Origin: Candidatus Dojkabacteria bacterium
GTDB taxonomy: Bacteria > Patescibacteriota > Dojkabacteria > JAOAGR01
NCBI GenBank assembly: GCA_025999155.1
Contig: AP026679.1
Coordinates: forward strand, 400,699 to 464,698
Length of the DNA: 64,000 bases
Direction of reading: 5' to 3'
The stretch's first letter is position 1, and each line of letters begins with the position of its first letter. Shown here piece after piece: positions 49,057-58,139 of the stretch. The translations under genes were made by a program, and so were the position numbers. The notes beneath the pieces were generated by a model. It was given only the letters and a program-made list of their open reading frames with translations, made no database searches and was not told the origin of the DNA.

Positions 49057-50136
49057 ATGAGCCCGCAATTTGCACAAAGTGTTCATGATGATATAGCTTT
49101 TTTATTACAACAGTTGCGCTCATCGAATTGCCCTGAAGAATTACGTTCGGAAGTAGAGCGCAAATTAGGAATAATCATCAAAACAGCGCAATTTGGCGGA
49201 TTTTCTACTGAATTTGAGAAAATTACTAAATATGTAGAATGGATTTCCCGTATACCATGGGGAAAATATACAGTTGATAATCTTTCTCTAGCTAATGTAA
49301 AAAAGACTTTAGATAAGCATCATTATGGAATTGAGAAAGTAAAAGAAAGAATACTTGAGTACATATCCATCATGAAATTAAAGATGGATCAAGAAAAGAC
49401 TAACGTTGTGAGAGCTCCAGTGATGTGTTTTGTCGGGCTTCAGGGAATCGGCAAAACTAGTCTTGCAAAAGCTATTGGTGAGGCGATGGGACGATCAACA
49501 GTCAGAATTGCTATGGGAGGTCTGGGTTCTACTTATGAGTTACGAGGTAAGCCAAAAACAGAACCAGATGCAGAGCCTGGACAAATTATCAAAGCTTTAA
49601 TTAATGCTGGTAGTATGAATCCACTAATTATACTTGATGAGATGGATAAAGTCTCGGGGAATATAGCGCTAAGAAAAGATTTTATGGCAATACTACTTGA
49701 AATATTGGATCCAGAACAGAACTATGCTTTTCGCGACCATTATATTGATTACCCTGTAGATTTATCTAAGGTGTTTTTCATTGCTACCGCGAATAATCTA
49801 GGAAATGTATCCGCTGCTTTATTGGATCGCTTGGAGGTGGTTCGATTCTATTCATATTCAGATGAAGAAAAAGAAGTCATTGGTAAGTTATATCTACTAC
49901 CTAATATTATGCAGGAAGTTGGATTAACATCTGAACAATTAGAGTTCACTGATGATGCTTGGCCTACTATTGTGAGACCTTTAGGATTTGATGCCGGTAT
50001 TCGCCAATTAAAACGCAATCTGTATTCTATTTGCAGAAAAGTCGCAAAAATTATAGTCCTTGGTAAAGCTAAAAAAGTGATTATTAATTCAAACAATGCA
50101 AAATCTTTTATAGACGAAAGTTTTGCCGTGATGTAA
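49057..50136 (+). CDS. Lon-like AAA+ ATPase module lacking the Lon N domain and the S16 protease domain (359 aa)
   Basis: It is collinear with E. coli Lon residues ~240-590: 'WISRIPWGKY...HYGIEKVKERILEYI', Walker A 'GLQGIGKTS', Walker B 'ILDEMDK', 'LLEILDPEQNYAF', 'FIATANN' and 'LDRLEVV'. It ends at the linker where the protease domain should begin. Confidence 0.7.
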   Translation: MSPQFAQSVHDDIAFLLQQLRSSNCPEELRSEVERKLGIIIKTAQFGGFSTEFEKITKYVEWISRIPWGKYTVDNLSLANVKKTLDKHHYGIEKVKERILEYISIMKLKMDQEKTNVVRAPVMCFVGLQGIGKTSLAKAIGEAMGRSTVRIAMGGLGSTYELRGKPKTEPDAEPGQIIKALINAGSMNPLIILDEMDKVSGNIALRKDFMAILLEILDPEQNYAFRDHYIDYPVDLSKVFFIATANNLGNVSAALLDRLEVVRFYSYSDEEKEVIGKLYLLPNIMQEVGLTSEQLEFTDDAWPTIVRPLGFDAGIRQLKRNLYSICRKVAKIIVLGKAKKVIINSNNAKSFIDESFAVM

Positions 50137-50323
50137 GCATTATAAGTTTTTTACTTGCAATAACTATAGCTTAACACAACGTCCCCGATGTATACTACAA
50201 ATATAAAGGGATTTAAAAAGCCTCTCTGATGGATACTCCTAATTGTACTAAATTGGAGTATTTTTCAGATACGAAAAATAAACATAATATAATCTACATT
50301 ACTCTAGATTATTTTAGATTACC

Positions 50324-50929
50324 TTATCTATTCTCTTCCCATTCGGTAGAGTAGAGAATATCTTCAATAGCTAGTCTATAATCATAAATTTCATCTTCCT
50401 TGAACCAAACAGCTAATTCTCTTTCGGCTTCTTCAACGGAGCTTGATGCGTGAATCAAATTACGTGCTGCTCGGTCGGCTTCATCTGCAAGTACATATGA
50501 ATCTATCGTGTAATCACCTCGTATTGTACCAACATCAGCATCAAGCGGACTACCATGTCCTACAAGTTTTCTTACATGATCGATAGCATGGGCCCCTTCG
50601 ATTACCATGACTAATACTGGTCCAGCGAGCATAAATCTAACTAGTCTTCTTTGTACATCTTCTGCAATTTTTATTGGATCCATGTTTAATTCTATGCCTC
50701 TCTTTTTATATGACTCCAATGTACGTGTGCCGCTTTTCAATTTTTCTTCATCTGACCAATAATAATGTGCTTTTGCTTGTTCTTCTGTAGCCTTGAGAAA
50801 TTTCATAGCTACAATTTTTAGGCCTTTTTTTTCGAAGCGTGAAATTATTTCGCCCATTAGCCCTCTTTGTACAGTATCTGGTTTTAGTAGTACTAATGTT
50901 CTTTGGTATGATAATGGTTTATTTTGCAT
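50324..50929 (-). CDS. ndk: nucleoside diphosphate kinase (with ~50-aa C-terminal extension)
   Basis: It has the NDK motifs 'RTLVLLKPDTVQRGLMGEIISRFE' and 'NLIHASSS'. Confidence 0.85.
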   Translation of the reverse strand: MQNKPLSYQRTLVLLKPDTVQRGLMGEIISRFEKKGLKIVAMKFLKATEEQAKAHYYWSDEEKLKSGTRTLESYKKRGIELNMDPIKIAEDVQRRLVRFMLAGPVLVMVIEGAHAIDHVRKLVGHGSPLDADVGTIRGDYTIDSYVLADEADRAARNLIHASSSVEEAERELAVWFKEDEIYDYRLAIEDILYSTEWEENR

Positions 50930-51109
50930 AGCGATTTATTTTAGCATTAATCAATGCCCAATTACTAATGTACTATAAATTTATTTAAAATCCATTAAAT
51001 AATATTGAGATATTTGTGTTGTTATATTATTTAACACTTTGTAAACGTTCAAAACCAATTTATACATTGTTGATTAGATCACAATTCAGTTGTAATATTT
51101 GAGTCTAAA

Positions 51110-52321
51110 ATGAATGTTTACTTATTAGGATTAATTACTTTCTTAAATGCTTCTTGTATCGGACTGGTAATCCCGGTAATGTTTAATTATGCTTCTAGTT
51201 TAGGTCTTGATAATGTCTTAGTAGGTTTACTCTTTGCTACTTTTCCTTTTGCCCAGTTCTTGGCAACCCCAGTAATTGGAAGATTGTCGGATAGATATGG
51301 GCGCAAAACTTTACTTGTAATTTCGTTATTGGGAACTTTTTTTGCTTCGTTGATTCAAGCTTTGGCTACTAATGGATGGATGTTATTTTTGGGAAGATTT
51401 TTGGACGGGATTACAGGAGGCAACACTTCGGTAGTACAAGCAGCGATTGCTGATTCTGCAAAAAATAAAGATAAGACTTTTGAATTTGCTTTATCTGGAG
51501 CGGCACATGGTTTGGGATTTCTTTTTGGTACTCTTTTAGCTTTATTTATTTCTAGAATTGGCAATTTTTACGTTTATATGAGTGCGGCTTTCCTTGCACT
51601 CATTGCAACAGCGATTACATTATTTTTTCTTCCAGAAACTAATTTGTACAGAGAAACAAAACCTTTAAATGTAGTAGAGTTAGTATTTTTACAAATATTT
51701 AGAGCTTTCAAATTACCTGTGATAAGAGATATTTTGATAATAAGCTTGGTAACTGGTATATCTCTTATGCTTTTCCAAGTTACTTTTCAGCCTTATATAA
51801 CAATGAATTTCGGATACGGTCAGGATGAAATTACACAAGTTATGATATTAAATGGATTGATGAGTATAGCTTTTTTAGGGTTAAAGTGGATTGTTGATAG
51901 GTTTGGTTTGATTCGTTTATTAAAGTTGACGTTTTTACTAAGATTGTTAGTCTTTTTAATTCTCGCACTAATTATTGATAGATATGTTTTTTGGGGGGCT
52001 ATGCTGATTCTTGCAGTTACTAATTTAGTTGGTAGACCTGTGATTTCTAATATGATTAGTAATTATGCAAGAAAAGAGGATCAGGGTGCTGCAATGGGTG
52101 TTGCTGAGAGCATGTATTCTATAGGATTAATTATCGGACCGTCGATATTTTCAATCGCTACAATTCCCCTAAATAATGGCTTTACTCTGGGATTCGAAAT
52201 GCTAAATAATGCTCTAATTACTACAGCAAGTAATTACACACTCCCTTTTTATTTTATGGCATTAATTAGTTTGATTACTTATGTTCATGTCATTAAATTT
52301 ACTAAGCAAATTGAGTCATAA
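51110..52321 (+). CDS. MFS transporter (paralogue 1)
   Basis: A 12-TM pattern with the MFS motif A-like 'GRLSDRYGRK'. It is ~65% identical to the MFS at 55575-56834. Confidence 0.7.
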   Translation: MNVYLLGLITFLNASCIGLVIPVMFNYASSLGLDNVLVGLLFATFPFAQFLATPVIGRLSDRYGRKTLLVISLLGTFFASLIQALATNGWMLFLGRFLDGITGGNTSVVQAAIADSAKNKDKTFEFALSGAAHGLGFLFGTLLALFISRIGNFYVYMSAAFLALIATAITLFFLPETNLYRETKPLNVVELVFLQIFRAFKLPVIRDILIISLVTGISLMLFQVTFQPYITMNFGYGQDEITQVMILNGLMSIAFLGLKWIVDRFGLIRLLKLTFLLRLLVFLILALIIDRYVFWGAMLILAVTNLVGRPVISNMISNYARKEDQGAAMGVAESMYSIGLIIGPSIFSIATIPLNNGFTLGFEMLNNALITTASNYTLPFYFMALISLITYVHVIKFTKQIES

Positions 52322-52468
52322 TCTGCCTCCGCTTGTTTCTCTGTCGCCTTGAGAAACTTAATAGCTACGATTTTAGGATCCTTTTGTTTATACCATTAAG
52401 TCTCTTTGAACGGCATCTGGTTTTAATATGACTACAGTTCTTTGATAAGAAGATGCTTTCTTAGACAT
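52322..52468 (-). pseudogene. ndk 5' fragment (duplicated, truncated remnant)
   Basis: The minus strand translates to 'MSKKASSYQRTVVILKPDAVQRDLMV*', compared with ndk 'MQNKPLSYQRTLVLLKPDTVQRGLMGEI'. The DNA is ~80% identical to 50775-50929. Homology continues out of frame ('PKIVAIKFLKATEKQAEA') up to the MFS1 stop codon. Confidence 0.75.
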
Positions 52469-52565
52469 AATCTGCCATTTTTAACATTCAAAATAAATAA
52501 GTATATAATGCGACTCATTTGCATTATTTATATTTTACTATATAATCGGCAGGTGTATCTCGTTA

Positions 52566-52945
52566 TGGTAAGAAAATATTCGGTCAAAAGGCAAAGAATA
52601 CTACAACTTTTTGAAGATCATCATATATTGACTGCTAATGAGATTGTACGATTATTACCAGATATTGATCGCGCTACGATTTATCGTAATTTAAAGTATT
52701 TTGTTGAAACTGGTGAAATTCGCCAATTGCAAATACAAAAAAATGTTATGAGTTACGAGCGTTTTAATCCAGATGATATGCATCAGCATTTCTTATGTCG
52801 TAATTGTAATAAAGTCTTAAAAATATATGGAATAGACAAAAACTATATTCAAAGTAAATTGCCACATGATGTGAATGTAGAGTTTATAGATTTAAATGTA
52901 ATAGGTGTATGTGATGAATGTAGCTCCGTTTTAAAACCTTGTTGA
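52566..52945 (+). CDS. Fur-family metalloregulator (Fur/Zur/PerR-like)
   Basis: 'SVKRQRILQLF...LTANEI...IDRATIYRNLKYF' forms the wHTH. The C-terminus carries metal-site residues 'HQHFLCRNCNKV...CDEC'. The start is moved to the ATG at 52566 because the longer ORF overlaps the ndk remnant. Confidence 0.7.
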
Positions 52946-52991
52946 AATATAGTTATTCAAAATATCACATTACCAAATTATTAAAAGTCTT

Positions 52992-53948
52992 ATGAGAGTA
53001 GCTTTCGTAGGTAAAGGTGGCAGTGGGAAGACCACTATTGCATCATTATTTGCATCATTTTTAGCATACAAAAAGCAGAAAAATATATATGTGGTTGATG
53101 CTGATCTTAATAGGAATATAGCAACACAATTAGGAATTGATACTAGTTCTGTACCAAAATTAAGTGATCCCGAAAATCAAACAAAGATACGTTTGTGGTT
53201 AATGGGCATTCGTCACGATATACCTGAAAATAATTTAAAGTACTTCAAAAAAACGACTCCTCCGCGTATTGGTTCAAATATAATAAAAATATCTGACATT
53301 GATTCCTATCCTGTATTAAGAGAATATTTTATAGGAGATTCTATTAAGCTTGCAGAGATAGGTGAATATGACAAAAGCCTAGTTGCAAAAAATTGCTATC
53401 ACGGGTCATTGAGTATTTTAGAAAATATTTTGAGTCATCTAGATGATAGAGAAGGCTGGTTTGTTGTTGATATGGTAGCAGGGACAGATGCCTTTGTGGG
53501 ATCTTTGTTTGTACAGTTCGATTATATCTTTGTTGTTGCAGAACCTACACGCAATTCACGAGAAGTAGTTCGTCAGTTTGATGAATTAGCAATGCATACG
53601 GGCACTCAACATATATTCAAAATTATTGGTAATAAGGTTGAAAGTTTTGACGATGTCGATTTTATAAAATCTTTTAGTAAAAACTTAGAGTTCCTATATG
53701 CTTTCAAAAAGTCTGACTACATAAAAAGGGTTGAAATAACTGATTCGAAATTTGAAATTCAAAAACTTGAAAAAGATAATCTAAATGTATTGGAATCTCT
53801 TTTTACATATGTAGCAAAGAAGACAATTGACCCTAATGCAAGATTGGAATTATTGCGCAAATGGCACTATAAGGTAGCTATGGATCATTCTGGAGAAGAC
53901 AGAGATATTTTACTTAATCAAATAGCTAACGAGATATTATTTAATTGA
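52992..53948 (+). CDS. CooC/MinD-family P-loop ATPase (putative metallocentre-assembly ATPase)
   Basis: It has the deviant Walker A 'VGKGGSGKTT', 'VVDADLNRNIA' (compare CooC 'DADPDANLA') and 'DMVAGTDAF...VVAEPT...IGNKV'. The CooC 'CxC' Ni motif is replaced by 'NCYHG'. Confidence 0.55.
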   Translation: MRVAFVGKGGSGKTTIASLFASFLAYKKQKNIYVVDADLNRNIATQLGIDTSSVPKLSDPENQTKIRLWLMGIRHDIPENNLKYFKKTTPPRIGSNIIKISDIDSYPVLREYFIGDSIKLAEIGEYDKSLVAKNCYHGSLSILENILSHLDDREGWFVVDMVAGTDAFVGSLFVQFDYIFVVAEPTRNSREVVRQFDELAMHTGTQHIFKIIGNKVESFDDVDFIKSFSKNLEFLYAFKKSDYIKRVEITDSKFEIQKLEKDNLNVLESLFTYVAKKTIDPNARLELLRKWHYKVAMDHSGEDRDILLNQIANEILFN

Positions 53949-53958
53949 ATTTAGTAAT

Positions 53959-55323
53959 ATGAATGTTTTTATTGGAGAAAATTCATTGCAGGATTTTTTA
54001 AACCCTTCTAATATATTTACCCCACTGGTCGAACTACCATCTTCATTAAATACATTTATTGATAGAAACGTCAGAATTTTCATTAAATTAATGTCACATA
54101 CTTCGCTTTTTAATATAAAACACGTAACAGTTTATTCGATGCTAGCACGCACACGAATAGCTGGTAAGCGCTTTCTTGTAGAGAGTTCTTCGGGGAATAC
54201 TGCACTAACATTAAGTATTCTAGCTAAGTACTTTGGATATAAAAAAACAAAATTCTTTTTTTCCCATAGGGTACCTATCGGAAAATTGAATTTGATTAAA
54301 CTTCTTGCTGATGAAATAGAGGTAAATAAAGAGCCTTTATGTCCTGATAAGAAAGATCCAAATTCTTCTATAAACAAAGCAAAATCAATTGCACAAGAGT
54401 CTGATTTTTTAAATCTAGATCAGTATTCTAATCCAGCAAACCCACAGGGGCATTTTGAAGTCACAGGACAACAAATTTTAGAACAATTTGAGTATGCCAA
54501 TTTGCATGTTGATTATCTTTTTGCTGCTGTAGGAACAACCGGAACTATTGTAGGTACTTCGTTGAAACTTAGGGAAAGATTTCCAAGTTTAAAGACAATA
54601 GGAGTAGCGTCTGCCGATGATATGGTTCGGCTTGGTGCTAGATCAAAAAATTTACTTGAAGAGATAGATTTTGAATGGAAATCTCATGTCGACGACTTAG
54701 TGGAGGTAGACGTACAGACAGCTTTTGTCAATTCTATCAATCTTGTGAAATCAGGAATATTAGTTGGACCGTCTACCGGTCATATATTTGGTGGAATCCT
54801 AAAATATGTAGGTGAGAATAATGTCAACAATGCGAACATTGTATTTGTCTCATGTGATACATTTTTACCGTACGTAGAAGAATATATCAAATATTTACCG
54901 TCTGAATATATGGCAAGTGTCATAAATGAAGATCTAGCTTTGAATTACGCTAAAGTACAAGCTAAATTAGCAGGAAGGAATTATATGGACTATAGAATTG
55001 AAGCAGATGTTTTTATAGAGAGGTATCGAAATCTTGACAATAACAGTATTTGTATTGATATAAGAAAAGATAGTGAGTATTCAGCATTTAGGTTACAAAA
55101 TGTCGAAAGGATTCATGAGCAAGATTTAGAGGACGAAACAGTCCAGTCCAGTATAATTAATAATCTGAAGAGTTACAATTCGGTATATGTAATAGATTGT
55201 GGTATGTCAGACATGGCGAAATTACTTAGTCTCATCTTGAGACAAACAGAGGTAAATGCGTATTGGGTAGATGGAGGTATGGACTACATTTCTAAAAACT
55301 GGCCTGAATTAATTGTTCGTTAG
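53959..55323 (+). CDS. CysK-like PLP-dependent beta-replacement enzyme fused to C-terminal rhodanese domain
   Basis: The N-terminal ~320 aa align with O-acetylserine sulfhydrylase: 'TPLVEL', PLP-Lys region 'LFNIKHV', 'LVESSSGNTA', 'QYSNPANPQGHFEVTG' (compare CysK 'QFSNPANPEIHEKTTG') and 'AAVGTTGTIVG'. The C-terminal ~110 aa are rhodanese-like with active-site Cys in 'YVIDCGMSDMA'. Confidence 0.7.
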   Translation: MNVFIGENSLQDFLNPSNIFTPLVELPSSLNTFIDRNVRIFIKLMSHTSLFNIKHVTVYSMLARTRIAGKRFLVESSSGNTALTLSILAKYFGYKKTKFFFSHRVPIGKLNLIKLLADEIEVNKEPLCPDKKDPNSSINKAKSIAQESDFLNLDQYSNPANPQGHFEVTGQQILEQFEYANLHVDYLFAAVGTTGTIVGTSLKLRERFPSLKTIGVASADDMVRLGARSKNLLEEIDFEWKSHVDDLVEVDVQTAFVNSINLVKSGILVGPSTGHIFGGILKYVGENNVNNANIVFVSCDTFLPYVEEYIKYLPSEYMASVINEDLALNYAKVQAKLAGRNYMDYRIEADVFIERYRNLDNNSICIDIRKDSEYSAFRLQNVERIHEQDLEDETVQSSIINNLKSYNSVYVIDCGMSDMAKLLSLILRQTEVNAYWVDGGMDYISKNWPELIVR

Positions 55324-55574
55324 TATTTAAGAGTTGATTTTGTAATTATAAATTTACTCAGAATGAATTTCAGTGTAATTTCATCATTCGTATATTGCGT
55401 GATATTTCAACCATCCTGATACTGTTGTTTAATTGATCATGTCCTTGTGAATCGGAGAATTAATAGTTCATCTTTGGCTCAGTCAAAGTCATTTATTTTT
55501 ATATGTTTTTACTTGCATAATGTTTATTCTAGGTTAACATTGTGTTAGAATCGCGAGCATATTTTTTTAGGGAT

Positions 55575-56834
55575 ATGGGATCAAAGAGACTGATATTTAT
55601 AGTGGGGTTAATTTCTTTTTTAAATGCCCTTACTTTAGGTGCTATTATTCCAGTAATTTATACTTATGCTTCAAGCTTTGATTTAAACGATGCTTCAATA
55701 GGTGTACTTTTTGCTACTTTTTCTCTTGCTCAATTTTTTGCGACTCCAGTTATAGGTAGATTATCAGATAAATATGGACGTAAACCTCTATTAGTCATTT
55801 CACTATCTGGTACATTTGTTGCTTCACTAATTCAAGCTTTTGCTACTAGCGGATGGATGTTATTTTTGGGAAGGTTTTTGGACGGAATTACAGGAGGGAA
55901 CAATTCGGTCGCTCAGGCTGTGATAGTAGATTCTGTTGAAGAAAAAGATAGACCATTTGGGTTTGCTGTATTTGGAGCTGGTTTTGGTTTAGGTTTTCTT
56001 GTCGGCCCAGTGATTTCTCTATTTATCTCTAAAATAGGAAACTCTTACGTATTTTCATTTTCAGCTTTACTTGCTTTAGTGACAACATTGATAGCATTAT
56101 TTGTCCTTCCCGAAACAAATTTGAATAGAGAAACTAAACCACTAAATTTTGTAGAGGTACTTTTTTTAGAAATATTTCGAGCTATGAAAATGCCGATAAT
56201 AAGGGATATTTTGTTAATTAATTTTATTACAGCTCTTTCTACCGCTATTTTTCAAATAGCATTTCAGCCTTACATAACCGTAAATTTCGGTTATGGTCAA
56301 GATCACATTTCATATGTATTGATACTAAATGGAGTTATTAGTATAGCATTTTTGGGGTTTGTTAAACGTCTAAGCGATAAATTTGGATTAAATAATCTAC
56401 TTAGATTAACATTTTTAATTAGATTTTTAACGTTTTTGGTTCTTGCAGTAATTGTTAACAAATTAATTTTTTGGATTGTCATGGTAGTCTTAGGTTTTAT
56501 AAATTTATTTAGTAGACCAGTTATTTCTACTATGATTAGTAATTATTCCAGAAAAGAGGACCAGGGGACCGTTATAGGTGTAGCAGAGAGCATGTTTTCA
56601 CTTGGATTAATCATTGGACCATCATTATTCTCATTAACTTCACTTCCCAAAAATTCGGGATTTAGTCTAGGAAGCCAAACATTAACAAATTTATTAATAA
56701 ATTCTGCTAATAATTATACGCTTGCATTTTATCTAATGGCAGTAATAAGTTTGTGTGCTTTTGTCTATGTATTAAGGTTTACAGCTATCGTTGAGAAAAT
56801 GTTTTCTACCCATAAGAAGGAAATAGACTTTTAA
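55575..56834 (+). CDS. MFS transporter (paralogue 2)
   Basis: It has the same family and motif ('GRLSDKYGRK') as paralogue 1. The start is taken at the ATG at 55575 (MGSKRL...) by alignment with paralogue 1. Confidence 0.7.
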   Translation: MGSKRLIFIVGLISFLNALTLGAIIPVIYTYASSFDLNDASIGVLFATFSLAQFFATPVIGRLSDKYGRKPLLVISLSGTFVASLIQAFATSGWMLFLGRFLDGITGGNNSVAQAVIVDSVEEKDRPFGFAVFGAGFGLGFLVGPVISLFISKIGNSYVFSFSALLALVTTLIALFVLPETNLNRETKPLNFVEVLFLEIFRAMKMPIIRDILLINFITALSTAIFQIAFQPYITVNFGYGQDHISYVLILNGVISIAFLGFVKRLSDKFGLNNLLRLTFLIRFLTFLVLAVIVNKLIFWIVMVVLGFINLFSRPVISTMISNYSRKEDQGTVIGVAESMFSLGLIIGPSLFSLTSLPKNSGFSLGSQTLTNLLINSANNYTLAFYLMAVISLCAFVYVLRFTAIVEKMFSTHKKEIDF

Positions 56835-56898
56835 TCAACGTATACAAAAGCAATTGATTTCAATCATTTATATCACATCTTCATGTAGTTTTTTGTGA

Positions 56899-56974
56899 TG
56901 GAGCCACTTGTGGGATTTGAACCCACGACCTGCGGTTTACGATACCGACGCTCTACCAGCTGAGCTAAAGTGGC
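56899..56974 (-). tRNA. tRNA-Thr(CGU): tRNA-Thr (anticodon CGU), encoded CCA
   Basis: The reverse complement is 'GCCACTTTAGCTCAGCTGGTAGAGC...ATCGTAA...GGTTCAAATCC...AAGTGGCTCCA', with anticodon loop ATCGTAA. Confidence 0.8.
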
Positions 56975-57036
56975 ATGTTAATTTGTTTATCGATTATAAT
57001 ACAAATAGATTACAAAATTCCATTTAATAATCTAGG

Positions 57037-58122
57037 ATGCAAATAGTACAACAAAACGAAATATCTCTAGCTGACATTGTCGCTGTGCTAAGACGAAATG
57101 GGCTTATTATATATCCGTTTGACACTTGTTATGGATTAGTATGTGATCCTACCAATCAAGTTGCCGTTGATAAATTGTTAAAATACAAGGCCCGAAGAGA
57201 AGGTAAGGCTATTTCTGTGACTGTAAAGGATATTGCAATGATAGAAGAGTATGCTGTAATTAATGATACAGCTCGTAATTTTATTCAAAACTTCTTGCCG
57301 GGACCTTTTACTGTCGTTTTACAATCCAGACATAAATTTGCTGATGGAATAGAAGCAGAAAATGGCACAATAGGTATTCGTATCCCCAATTATAGACCTA
57401 TTGTAGATCTGGTTGGTTTGTATGGGTCACCTTTGACATCTACTTCAGCCAATCAAAGCTATCAAAAAACTCCTTACAAAATTTCTGATATTTTGGATTA
57501 TGCAAATAGACGCGATTTAGATTATATAGATCTAATAGTAGATGCTGGTGATCTTCCTAAAAACCCTCCTTCCACGGTTATTGATTTTTCTAACGATAAT
57601 ATTCATGTATTGCGAAAAGGATCAATAATCCCAGAGGGAGCAGACTTTAGTCAACGGGTCTCAAATTCGGTCGCTGACACTATAGCGATCGGCAAAGAAT
57701 TGATGCAAAAATATAGAACAAATCTCCAATATAGACCTGTGATATTTGCCTTACAAGGAGATATGGGAGCAGGGAAAACTCATTTTACTAAAGGATTAGG
57801 ACTAAGCTTAGGAGTCAAAGAAGAAATCAATTCACCAACATTTGTTATTGTAAACGAATATAATTTAGATACAGGAAATAAGTTATATCATATTGATACT
57901 TGGCGGTTAGACATATCTGCTGACTTTCACGAACTAGATGAAATCCAATTTGTTAATATGCTAAGAAAGGAAGGAGATTCATATAATGCCATCTCAATTG
58001 AATGGTCTGATAAAATTGTTGATTATTTGAATAAAATAGATAGCAATATCAAGCTTATATGGGTTGAGATTGTCATCGATTATCAAAGTCCTAATAAACG
58101 AATTATTAAATGGAGTGAGTAA
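57037..58122 (+). CDS. TsaC (YrdC-domain) :: TsaE fusion protein for t6A37 tRNA modification
   Basis: The N-terminal ~200 aa form the YrdC/TsaC domain ('IYPFDTCYGLVCDP', 'LTSTSANQS'). The C-terminal ~150 aa form TsaE ('ALQGDMGAGKTHFTKGLGLSLGV...SPTFVIVNEY...YHIDTWRL'). Confidence 0.7.
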   Translation: MQIVQQNEISLADIVAVLRRNGLIIYPFDTCYGLVCDPTNQVAVDKLLKYKARREGKAISVTVKDIAMIEEYAVINDTARNFIQNFLPGPFTVVLQSRHKFADGIEAENGTIGIRIPNYRPIVDLVGLYGSPLTSTSANQSYQKTPYKISDILDYANRRDLDYIDLIVDAGDLPKNPPSTVIDFSNDNIHVLRKGSIIPEGADFSQRVSNSVADTIAIGKELMQKYRTNLQYRPVIFALQGDMGAGKTHFTKGLGLSLGVKEEINSPTFVIVNEYNLDTGNKLYHIDTWRLDISADFHELDEIQFVNMLRKEGDSYNAISIEWSDKIVDYLNKIDSNIKLIWVEIVIDYQSPNKRIIKWSE

Positions 58123-58139
58123 TTATGTTATAGTGCGAT

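Noticed and set aside
52442-52565. Longer start of the Fur-family gene (MIRRCFLRHNLPFL...)
   Set aside because: The extension overlaps the ndk pseudogene remnant and is unlike Fur N-termini. The downstream ATG gives a canonical Fur N-terminus.
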